The notes below the pieces were generated by a model. The model did no database searches. It saw only the letters and a list, made by a program, of their open reading frames with translations, and was not told where the DNA came from. Positions 54,373 through 62,650 of a stretch of DNA of 64,000 nucleotides are shown in pieces. The translations under genes and the position numbers were made by a program. The stretch's first letter is position 1; every line of letters begins with the position of its first letter. The stretch lies in contig CAVZKL010000019.1 of NCBI GenBank assembly GCA_963775895.1, positions 9,909 to 73,908 on the forward strand. Reading direction: 5' to 3'. The DNA comes from Candidatus Bathyarchaeota archaeon (lineage in GTDB: Archaea; Thermoproteota; Bathyarchaeia; Bathyarchaeales; Bathycorpusculaceae).

Positions 54373-55373
54373 TATCCTTTCACCTCCCTTCTATGCACCG
54401 TATTCCAAATCGCTGGGTCTTTGTTTGATCCGAAAAAAACGCGCAGGTTGCGAGGTAGATAGTCTAGCGTTTCGGGATCGGCTAGGTCAAGATTCTTGAG
54501 TTTTTCTAAGGTTGTGCTGGACAGAGCTAGGGCACCTTTGAGGAGAAGTTCAGTCTCTTCTTGCGAGAATTCCTCTCTTTCCACAATCCAGTTCATGAAC
54601 TTACTGTCTTCGGGGCAAACCCTTTGACAGTGAAGGCAGCCTTGCACGCAATTGTGCCAGGACGGGTCGATCCAACTTGGAAATGGGAAATCACCCTTCT
54701 TCTCATTGTGAAAAACGATACAGCGATCAGCATGGAGCAAGAAGCGGTCCGACGAGATTGCGCCTGTGGGACAAGATCGTCTGCAGGCTTGACAGTTTTG
54801 ACATTGTTTCATCATTCGCGCTTCTCCCCACATATCTTCTGTACAGGGCAGGTCGGAGTAGAAGGCTACGAGCTGGAGGAAGCTGCCCATTCCTGAAGCA
54901 TAGGTGATGTTGTTCCTTCCGTACTCGGTCAGTCCGCTGCGAACGGCCAGAAGCTTCAGAGGCAATGAGGTTGGAGCCACCGAGTATCCCTTTTCCTTTA
55001 GGACGCCGTTCAAGACCTCTGCGACCCGATTCCTCGTCTGCTCGTAGGCTACGTAGGTTGGAGGAAGGATCAGCTCCCTTCTTTTGCCCTTGAAAGTGAA
55101 AATAGCTTGGGCTTGGGGGCGAGGAACGGCAACTACGATTATGGATTTTGCCTCTGGCAGGTTTTCAGGAGCTTTGAACTCGAAGAAAGCAAGGCGCAGA
55201 CGATAAAACTCTTCGTCGAAGGATCCTTGACTGTGACGTTTCTCCATTTCTTCCCGCAACTCGGCAAGATGTTGAATGGACACAATTCGTCCGCGATATC
55301 CCCGCTCTTCCAGGTGATGCAGCAGTTCTTTAGTGTCCAAGCCTTGAGAAGGCACTCCATTTTTCGGATCCAT
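54372..55373 (-). CDS. QueG/reductive-dehalogenase-like 4Fe-4S double-cluster protein
   Basis: LPEAKSIIVVA, LKLLAVRSGL..YGRNN, CQNCQACRRSCP, CVQGCLHCQRVCP; start uncertain. Confidence 0.8.
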   Translation of the reverse strand: MDPKNGVPSQGLDTKELLHHLEERGYRGRIVSIQHLAELREEMEKRHSQGSFDEEFYRLRLAFFEFKAPENLPEAKSIIVVAVPRPQAQAIFTFKGKRRELILPPTYVAYEQTRNRVAEVLNGVLKEKGYSVAPTSLPLKLLAVRSGLTEYGRNNITYASGMGSFLQLVAFYSDLPCTEDMWGEARMMKQCQNCQACRRSCPTGAISSDRFLLHADRCIVFHNEKKGDFPFPSWIDPSWHNCVQGCLHCQRVCPEDSKFMNWIVEREEFSQEETELLLKGALALSSTTLEKLKNLDLADPETLDYLPRNLRVFFGSNKDPAIWNTVHRREVKG

Positions 55374-55476
55374 GATTTCAACCTGCATAACAGCCTTATG
55401 GAGGTTAGATGCAGACCCTGCATATAAACTTATAGCCACCTACTACTTAACTAGGTGGTTAGAAGAGACATGCCAT

Positions 55477-56101
55477 ATGCCAGCACGTGATCCTCAGATC
55501 CTGAACCTAGTGGGTGGAAGACTGTGCCTCGATTTCGTCAACACCGTAGACTGCCGAAACAGTAACCAACAAAGCGAGGTTCTCACCACGTACCCAAGAC
55601 TCGTTTCATGGAGTCAACACGCCAACATCCTAGCCGAGAATGAAGCCCAAAACCTGCTCCGAGAAGCAAGTCTTCACCCCGCAAACGCAAGAGCAGTCCT
55701 TGAAAGAGCTATCACGATAAGAGAAGCATTATACCGGATATTCTCCGCAATCGCCGCTCGCCGCTCGCCAGCAGCCACCGACATAGAAATGCTGAACGAA
55801 GAAATATCTGCAGCGATGGCCCAAAGCGCGCCTCACGCCTACAAATCCCCCAGAGCCTTGGGTGTACACTTTCGAAAAGAGCAGTCTCGACCAGATGCTG
55901 TGGCCGGTTGTTAATTCAGCGGCTGAGCTTTTGACCTCCGACTGGCTGGACCGAATCTGCAAATGCCAAGGAGAAAACTGTGGCTGGCTGTTCGTTGACA
56001 TGAGCCGGAATCGCAGTCGCAAGTGGTGCGACATGAAGGACTGTGGCAATGTAGTCAAGGCTAGACGACATTATCAAAAGACGCGTAACAAACGCTCCTA
56101 G
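55477..56101 (+). CDS. ABATE/CGNR zinc-finger protein; frameshift near 55830-55860
   Basis: [12 protein letters not shown]-terminus; [36 protein letters not shown]. Confidence 0.9.
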
Positions 56102-56216
56102 CGCGCGCTCTTCCCAAAAATTCCACATGTGTAGAAACCTGAGGACGTTTGCGTATGCGAAGACGCTGAACGGTTTACACGCCTAAAGCATAAAGGATAT
56201 TATAATCCGTTTTGTT

Positions 56217-56726
56217 TTGATGGATCTTATGTCGTTAATAGATGATATTCTTACTCGCAGAAGCATTAGACGCTATGAAACCAAGGATATATCTGAAGAG
56301 GTTTTGCAGCAAATTCTTGAGGCTGGCAGACAGGCTCCTTCAGCTGCTAATAGACAGCCTATTCGTTTTGTCATTGTGAAGGATCATGATCTACTGAAGA
56401 ACTTGTGCGATAATTTGATTACCCGTTTTGTCAAATATGCTCCCGTTGCTATTGTTGGGTGTGCAGACGTAAAATCATTTTTGACTGGAAAATGGGCCGT
56501 TGTTGACGCCACAATTGCTATGGAGAACATGGTTATTGCCGCGTGGACTTTAGGGGTCGGTTCGTGTTGGATAGGAGCTTGCAACGAAGAAAAAGTCAAG
56601 GAATTGCTAAAAATCCCTGATAAATGGAAAGTTGTTGCATTGATAACCTTTGGCTATCCTGCCGAGCAACCAAAGCCAAGAAAGAAAAAACCATTTGAGG
56701 AATTGTTTAGCTTCAACAGTTTCTAG
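56217..56726 (+). CDS. Nitroreductase family protein
   Basis: TRRSIRRY, APSAANRQP, GVGSCWIG, GYP. Confidence 0.93.
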   Translation: MMDLMSLIDDILTRRSIRRYETKDISEEVLQQILEAGRQAPSAANRQPIRFVIVKDHDLLKNLCDNLITRFVKYAPVAIVGCADVKSFLTGKWAVVDATIAMENMVIAAWTLGVGSCWIGACNEEKVKELLKIPDKWKVVALITFGYPAEQPKPRKKKPFEELFSFNSF

Positions 56727-56820
56727 CTAACTTGTTTAGAACTATCTCAATTTTCAAATTAGTCTCTGTCAGTAGTCATATTCCAAAATTCACTATCTGA
56801 TTAATTCGGGGGTCCTCGTT

Positions 56821-56886
56821 AGTGCGGCGGGTGGGATTTGAACTCCCACAGCAGTGGCGACGTCTCCCGCAAATCCCCCCTTTTCT
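56821..56886. repeat. tRNA-3'-end-containing structured repeat, copy 2
   Basis: AGTGCGGCGGGTGGGATTTGAACTCCCACAGCAGTGGCGACGTCTCCCGCAAATCCCCCCTTTTCT. Confidence 0.92.
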
Positions 56887-56935
56887 GTTTTTGAATTATG
56901 TGAGAGAAGATTTATCCGCAAACGATATTTGATGA

Positions 56936-59077
56936 TTGAGTATTGCTGTATCAGGAGGAAGGATGTTGTCAAAAAGCGTAATTTTTGAAATACTGTTGAC
57001 ATTTCTTCTGGGAAGCATGTTGACATCAGTCTTGTCTGCAGTAAATTGTTGCTTCTTGAACGGTTCCTTTCCACAATGGAGAAACCAAGAGCAAAGTGCG
57101 TTGGTCATTCCACTGGGAGGGTACGTTTCCCTGCAGGCGGATGGACTGGACGCTGCCTCACTCGCTGAGGCTGTTCTCTGTACAAATGAGACAGGAATCT
57201 GGAGAAATGAGACTGAACATGCTCTCTTATGGATGCAGCCCGCTGTCTACGGATTTGACAACTTCGGTACAGCAACGTACGTAGGCGGCGTTATTTATGC
57301 ACCCTCAAAAGGCAACCACGTATCCGATGGCAAAATCTATGCAATCAATGCATCCAGTGGAAACGTGATCTGGAACGTCACTGCCCGAATGGTTGATGGT
57401 TCACCATGTGTTGATGGTGATCTGGTCTACTTGGGCGAAGGTTTCTCAGTAGTAACTGGTGAATCTGTTCCCAACCCAGAAGCCATAGCATTGAACAAGA
57501 CTAACGGCGGTGAAATTTGGCATTACATTGAACCAAACGAGTACGGCTGGGTTGGCTCCCCCGTCATCCATGAAGACTATGTATACTACACTACTGGGTT
57601 GTACAATTATACCACTAGGATTGCGGCTGGTTCAGGAGTGTACGCCTTAAACAAGACTAACGGGCAGAAGATATGGCAGACGGACATTGGATTCATAGTT
57701 GGTTCGGTTGCTTACGATGAAGGCGTAGTCTATGTTTCTGGCAGCGACAGTAGTAGTTCTCAAGGACAGTATGCTCTGAATGCAACAGATGGAAACGTGA
57801 TCTGGCATGTAAATTGGGGCCGTTCGTGGGATTCTTCTCCCGTGATCTATAATGGAACAGTTGTTCAGGTTGTACGCGAGATGTCAGTGCCTTACCCCTA
57901 CAGCGCCGTTGTCCTAAACAAATCAGATGGCGGGTTAATACGGAGGTTTGCAGGCAAGGGGAGCCAAAGCACACCGTTGATAAATAATGGTACAATTTTC
58001 ATTCCGGACGATGATTGGAGAATATGGGCTTTTGACCTTGAAACTGGGCAAGAAGTCTTTCATACAGCGGAGCTTCACGACGGAACCTTAGAGAACAACA
58101 GTTATTGTAGCCCAGCAGGGGCAGGCGGTGCAATGTACTACCAGTCCTTGAACGGAACATTCTATGTGGTAGACATGGTAGATGGTGACGTACTCTCGTC
58201 CTATGCTCTAGGTGGACTTGGATTAGGCAGTCCAAGCATAGGTGACGGCTGTGTTTTCATCACAAACGACGCTGGTCTCTACGCTTTCAAGATTGGTCCT
58301 GGTTCAGGTAACTGGCCGATGTTCTGCCACACTCCTGCACACGTATCTTATTCAGACTTAGGCATTGAATATGTCAGATGGCCACTTACTGAGCCAATTG
58401 ATCTTGGAAATGCTTCTAACACGTGGGTTACGGCAGAGTTCTTGTGGTGCAATAACACGATTGACTCCGCTGCAATAGCTTGGAAAATACAATTCTTCGA
58501 CGCGGAAGGCAACATGAACGCAACGGATGTGAAGGTTTTCTACGTCAATGTGCCCACGTACAATGTTGCTGCTGTCAATTTGTTACCCCAAAAGACGGTG
58601 ATTGGTCAGAATATGGCTTTGCCAATAAATGGGACAGTGGTTAATGAAGGCAGTTACACTGAAACATTCAGCGTCACCCTTTATGCTAATGAGACCTCTA
58701 TTGAATTACAAAACGTTACCTTAGCAAGTGGAAACTCCAAAACCATCGCCTTCACTTGGAACACAAGTCAGTTCCATTTTGGTAACTACACGTTGAGCGT
58801 TTATGCAGAACTACTGCCAGAAGAGACCGACACTTCAGACAATAATTTCACCTGTGGCACTCCAGTTCACGTTGGTGTTCCTGGCGACGTGTCCAGTTCT
58901 ACGCCGGGCGTCTATGATGGCGTTACGAACATGAAGGACATAGCGTATTTAGTAAGCTTGTTCAACACCAGACCTAATTCGTCCAATTGGAATCCTAACG
59001 CTGACGTGAACAATGACGGAGTCTGCAACATGAAAGACATAGCCATAGGCGTCTACTACTTCAACCAACATGAATAG
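56936..59077 (+). CDS. Exported PQQ-like beta-propeller protein with CARDB-like and C-terminal dockerin domain
   Basis: Repeated YALN.T.G..IW blades; V.NEGSYTETF.V...TIAFTWNT; GDV...DG.TNMKDI...WNPNADVNNDG..NMKDI. Confidence 0.88.
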   Translation: MSIAVSGGRMLSKSVIFEILLTFLLGSMLTSVLSAVNCCFLNGSFPQWRNQEQSALVIPLGGYVSLQADGLDAASLAEAVLCTNETGIWRNETEHALLWMQPAVYGFDNFGTATYVGGVIYAPSKGNHVSDGKIYAINASSGNVIWNVTARMVDGSPCVDGDLVYLGEGFSVVTGESVPNPEAIALNKTNGGEIWHYIEPNEYGWVGSPVIHEDYVYYTTGLYNYTTRIAAGSGVYALNKTNGQKIWQTDIGFIVGSVAYDEGVVYVSGSDSSSSQGQYALNATDGNVIWHVNWGRSWDSSPVIYNGTVVQVVREMSVPYPYSAVVLNKSDGGLIRRFAGKGSQSTPLINNGTIFIPDDDWRIWAFDLETGQEVFHTAELHDGTLENNSYCSPAGAGGAMYYQSLNGTFYVVDMVDGDVLSSYALGGLGLGSPSIGDGCVFITNDAGLYAFKIGPGSGNWPMFCHTPAHVSYSDLGIEYVRWPLTEPIDLGNASNTWVTAEFLWCNNTIDSAAIAWKIQFFDAEGNMNATDVKVFYVNVPTYNVAAVNLLPQKTVIGQNMALPINGTVVNEGSYTETFSVTLYANETSIELQNVTLASGNSKTIAFTWNTSQFHFGNYTLSVYAELLPEETDTSDNNFTCGTPVHVGVPGDVSSSTPGVYDGVTNMKDIAYLVSLFNTRPNSSNWNPNADVNNDGVCNMKDIAIGVYYFNQHE

Positions 59078-59171
59078 ACTCCTTTTTTTCACTTCAACTC
59101 GGCTCTCCAAGTCACGACAATGTTGTTTGTGGCGAATCGTTTTCTACTGTTTCGCATAAGCGTAGCAAAAG

Positions 59172-59369
59172 GTGACTGCGATGACGCCTCAACCCAACAC
59201 TTGCCCCAAATGCGGCAGCCACATGAACGAGGACAAACATCTTCAGGCGTTAGGCTGCAACGTTGAACTCGTTCCGGCGCAGGGCTTCTTGGGTGACGTC
59301 GTTCAAGTCTTTTACTGCAATAGATGTGGCTACATTGAGCTTTATCATGTCGAGAGAAAGCCTAGGTGA
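59172..59369 (+). CDS. Small zinc-ribbon protein
   Basis: CPKCG..M ... YCNRCGYIELY. Confidence 0.75.
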   Translation: MTAMTPQPNTCPKCGSHMNEDKHLQALGCNVELVPAQGFLGDVVQVFYCNRCGYIELYHVERKPR

Positions 59370-59439
59370 GAACGGGCTAGTAGCTATTCTTCTTGCTTCT
59401 TCTTTTGCGTGCGCTCTCTCCCGTACTTTTTAACATAGT

Positions 59440-59505
59440 AGTGCGGGGGGTGGGACTTGAACTCCCACAGCAGTGGCGACGTCTCCCGCAACTCCCCTTT
59501 TTTCT
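59440..59505. repeat. tRNA-3'-end-containing structured repeat, copy 3
   Basis: AGTGCGGGGGGTGGGACTTGAACTCCCACAGCAGTGGCGACGTCTCCCGCAACTCCCCTTTTTTCT. Confidence 0.92.
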
Positions 59506-59806
59506 AAGATTAAATCGTCCAGTGAAGAGTATTTACCATGCACACGATTCCAAAGAGTACCGTAACGAAGGGAGCAGACGGGACTGCGGCGCTATTGGTT
59601 CGTTTTTTCTTCAAGATTTTTCGACGACTGTCGCTGAGCTCTCGTGTCTTAGGACTTTACGAACGGACGGCTGGCAAATAGCGTACAGGCTCTCAAACGG
59701 CGAGGTCATCGTCAAGCGCGTCCGGTGACCCTCTCAGTATTTTTCCCAACTTCAAAGAGTCTCCCTGCCGAAGTTTAAACGTCCGCATAAGCGCGCGCGA
59801 GACAGG

Positions 59807-60556
59807 TCATCTCTTTCTGCAGACAAACAGTATTTTTCTACCTTCTTCTCTCAGATTGGCTTCAAGGATCTCGAAATGTTCAGAGAGAGCTGACTTCATT
59901 TTGGCAACTGAGTAAATAGTTTCTTTGAATCTGTACTTGTTGAGTTGGTAAAGTCCATTTAGGAGTCTTTCAAAGATTCGAGAATCCCAAGTCAGTGTAT
60001 TGCCCTTCACTATCTCTTTGTCATAGTAGTATCCTTTTGGGAACTCCTTAACTGATGAAGTGGATCTATTGTATTTTTCCAGCCAATGAACCGTGTCTCT
60101 CAGCATTTTTGGCGTATAAACATCAAAAATGAACAACCCATCTCTGTTAAGATGCTCATTCACCGCTTTGAACGTTGATTTCCACTGGTCAAAGTCTTTC
60201 AGAAAGTTGATTGCATCGTTAGCAGAGAATATGATATCGAATTTCTCATCAATCTTGAAGTTGTGCATGCTGGAAACAAAGAACATGCCCCTTGGGATCC
60301 TCCTCCTGCAAACCTCAATGTAGTCCCTTTCAATGTCCAAACCATAGACAGCATACCTCTCTGGAAGATTGACCAAGACCATTCCAATTCCACACCCTAT
60401 CTCTAGTATCTTCTTCGCCTGCTTGCGATATTCCTTTATGGGTTCCAAGACATAGCGTGCCCTTGCTCTTGCCCCTTCCTTGCTCGTAAGCGATTCCCAA
60501 AAACTCACAAAAGGTTTTGACGTCTTGCTTCGGTGCTCATATTTGACCATGCACAA
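59807..60556 (-). CDS. Class I SAM-dependent methyltransferase
   Basis: ILEIGCGIG, GLDI, KFDIIFS..DAIN, HLNRDGLFIFD. Confidence 0.88.
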   Translation of the reverse strand: MCMVKYEHRSKTSKPFVSFWESLTSKEGARARARYVLEPIKEYRKQAKKILEIGCGIGMVLVNLPERYAVYGLDIERDYIEVCRRRIPRGMFFVSSMHNFKIDEKFDIIFSANDAINFLKDFDQWKSTFKAVNEHLNRDGLFIFDVYTPKMLRDTVHWLEKYNRSTSSVKEFPKGYYYDKEIVKGNTLTWDSRIFERLLNGLYQLNKYRFKETIYSVAKMKSALSEHFEILEANLREEGRKILFVCRKR

Positions 60557-60842
60557 CCCTCAAAGTTGCATCCAGCAGAACGACTATTTGTCTTTTGAGT
60601 CAGATATTGCTTGTCAACTTTTCTTCGCGCGCACTAGTGAAGGGTGTGTATGAATATGGAAAATTGTAACAGATTTCTGTAACAATCCCGTCACTTTCTC
60701 CAAATTACGCGCGTTAGTGGGTCGCAAACTAGTTCCATGGGGTCGTCGTTTGGTTTGGTTTGGAATAAAATTTAGTCATAAAGCTAAAACAACAAGAGTG
60801 AAAAAGATGGAAACTCTTGATTCATTCAACTATGCAATGCTC

Positions 60843-60881
60843 CTATTTCTGTTTCTTATGTCCCTTCTTCTTTTTTCCCAT
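60843..60881 (-). CDS. Putative 12-aa basic micropeptide MGKKKKGHKKQK
   Basis: GAGGTG SD upstream of ATG; very short. Confidence 0.4.
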   Translation of the reverse strand: MGKKKKGHKKQK

Positions 60882-60947
60882 TCTTGTTTTTCACCTCAAA
60901 CCATTTATTGTGTATGATTACAATTTAGTTCCCAAATCCAAAAGTGC

Positions 60948-61076
60948 CTATTTTTTACCTTTCGAATGTTTTGCAGGAAGCGAAACCTGCTTTTTCTGTT
61001 TTCTTTCCTGGTCTTTCTCTCTCTGTAGTTTTTTATGTTGCTCTAAACCTGCAGCTTTCTTTTCTCTTCTTGACAA
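60948..61076 (-). CDS. Putative 42-aa basic microprotein
   Basis: TTG start; MSRREKKAAGLEQHKKLQREKDQERKQKKQVSLPAKHSKGKK. Confidence 0.5.
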   Translation of the reverse strand: MSRREKKAAGLEQHKKLQREKDQERKQKKQVSLPAKHSKGKK

Positions 61077-61315
61077 AAACTCATCAACCTTAGCAGGCAA
61101 TAGAAGCATTACGCATTCTAAAACGTTGTCCTATTGTCTACAAATGAAGGGCGTATACTCGATTCCGATACTATCTATATACCTACCCTATTATGGTATT
61201 GGTTATTTCCTACCCACTTGATTACTGCAACAAAGCACTAACTGTGTATACTGCCCTCTTAGTAGCTGTGTTTCCATGATGCTGCGTAGCACGTCGAATT
61301 TGGTTTGGTTGGGTG

Positions 61316-61333
61316 GATAAAACTTTACCCCAA
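61316..61333 (-). repeat. 18-bp site, exact inverted copy of 62590-62607
   Basis: GATAAAACTTTACCCCAA, flanked by TTTGG/CCAAA repeats. Confidence 0.8.
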
Positions 61334-61460
61334 ACCAAACGATTACCTATCATCTATCCCTGAGGTCTTAATAGTTGCAGACCGCCAATGGGTATTTGCG
61401 CGCACGCTCAAAACTTTTGGTAGAGCTGAAGGAGATACTCCTGAAAAGCATACGCAGCTC

Positions 61461-61598
61461 CTAAACCTTCTTTCCGTATTCACTGAACTTTTTCCCGCAA
61501 CACTCGTACTGCTTAACATGTATCTTTTTGTTCCTGCCCATATTCCACTCCTTTATCGGCGTTTCAACTTCTTTTCCACAGGTCGGACACTTGGCCAT
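61461..61598 (-). CDS. Cren7-like zinc-ribbon small protein (45 aa)
   Basis: GGAGGTG SD; MAKCPTCGKEVETPIKEWNMGRNKKIHVKQYECCGKKFSEYGKKV. Confidence 0.75.
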   Translation of the reverse strand: MAKCPTCGKEVETPIKEWNMGRNKKIHVKQYECCGKKFSEYGKKV

Positions 61599-61712
61599 TT
61601 GTCTGTCACCTCCTTCAAAGGTTTTAAGATTAAAAAACAGGGTATTAAAAACAAGGCGTTGTTTCCGCGTCTATAGGGCTCCGTAGAGTTGGTTCCAGCA
61701 CCTAATGCCCTA

Positions 61713-61781
61713 TTACTCTTTTTCTTCCTCTAGTTCCTCTTCCTCTTCTTCTTCTTCCTCTTCTTCTTCCTCTTCGCCCAT
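61713..61781 (-). CDS. Putative 22-aa poly-glutamate micropeptide
   Basis: MG-E14-LEEEKE with mixed GAA/GAG codons in one frame, GGAG upstream, TAA TAG double stop. Confidence 0.5.
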   Translation of the reverse strand: MGEEEEEEEEEEEEEELEEEKE

Positions 61782-62302
61782 AGTGTTGTGCTCCAAAATT
61801 AGCGCTCCTAGGTCTAGTCTATAACGCTATTAATAAGCGTGTTGATAGTCAAGCATGCTCCTTAAAAATACTATATACGAGGATGCATCCCTTATTAGAT
61901 CGGAACCTTATATTGCGTGAGAAGCTGGATGAGATCGCCCGGAGATCAAAGGGGTCTTATGACACTCTTTGGATATGAGTGGCCCACGCGCGTCAAGATG
62001 GGAGAGATAATCAATGGAACTGTTTATTGCTGGAGGCAGCGTCCTTACAACGTCTGGCGCCTTTATTCTCACTACAGCATACTTAGTCTAGTCCTAACAA
62101 GAGAAGCAGCAGAAAACATTGGGAGAACCGACAAGGCAGTCTCACCAACCTACTTCAACACATAATTTCGGGACAAGGCAACGCGCCTCCTAACTGTTTA
62201 CAGTGAGGCATGGTTCCAGCATAGCGTGGTCTATTGCCGTTTTCAAGCGCGTGCGATAAATGTAAATATACAGGACTTCTAATATGTTCTGAGGAGTGTA
62301 TT

Positions 62303-62407
62303 ATGGTCAATTGCGCAAAGTGTGGTAAAGATATTCCTGCAGGACAAGAAGTGAAGAAAGGCTTCCTAACAAAGAAAAGCTATCATAAGGAATGTGCACC
62401 CAAGTAG
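62303..62407 (+). CDS. 34-aa single LIM-like zinc-finger microprotein
   Basis: GAGGAG SD; MVNCAKCGKDIPAGQEVKKGFLTKKSYHKECAPK (C-x2-C-x20-H-x2-C). Confidence 0.7.
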   Translation: MVNCAKCGKDIPAGQEVKKGFLTKKSYHKECAPK

Positions 62408-62589
62408 AGTCAATACTTACCAGTATTGCACAGGCACTTCCCTAACCTTTATCCTCTGAAGGCAATTATTTTCTTTTATCTTTTTTTCTTTATGAGCGGG
62501 GTTCAAAGTGTTCAATTCACGCGTGGCGTGGCGCTGGTGTTATGTGCCTGCTGGTGTGGATAGGGCTCGGGCTTTGGTTGGTTGGTTGG

Positions 62590-62607
62590 TTGGGGTAAAG
62601 TTTTATC
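62590..62607 (+). repeat. 18-bp site, exact inverted copy of 61316-61333
   Basis: TTGGGGTAAAGTTTTATC preceded by (GGTT)n. Confidence 0.8.
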
Positions 62608-62650
62608 GCGCACGCATCATTCGTGTCAAGACATCGTACGCTAACTAAGC

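Noticed and set aside
53719-59505. The 66-bp repeats as intact tRNA genes, a CRISPR array or canonical integron attC sites
   Set aside because: They have no D or anticodon arm, are spaced kilobases apart, have no cas genes nearby, and lack RYYYAAC/GTTRRRY ends.
53719-59505. The repeats as 3' halves of split tRNAs
   Set aside because: No bulge-helix-bulge or complementary 5' half is visible in the window, and the dyad with 7-bp spacer fits an att core better. It cannot be fully excluded without the genome.
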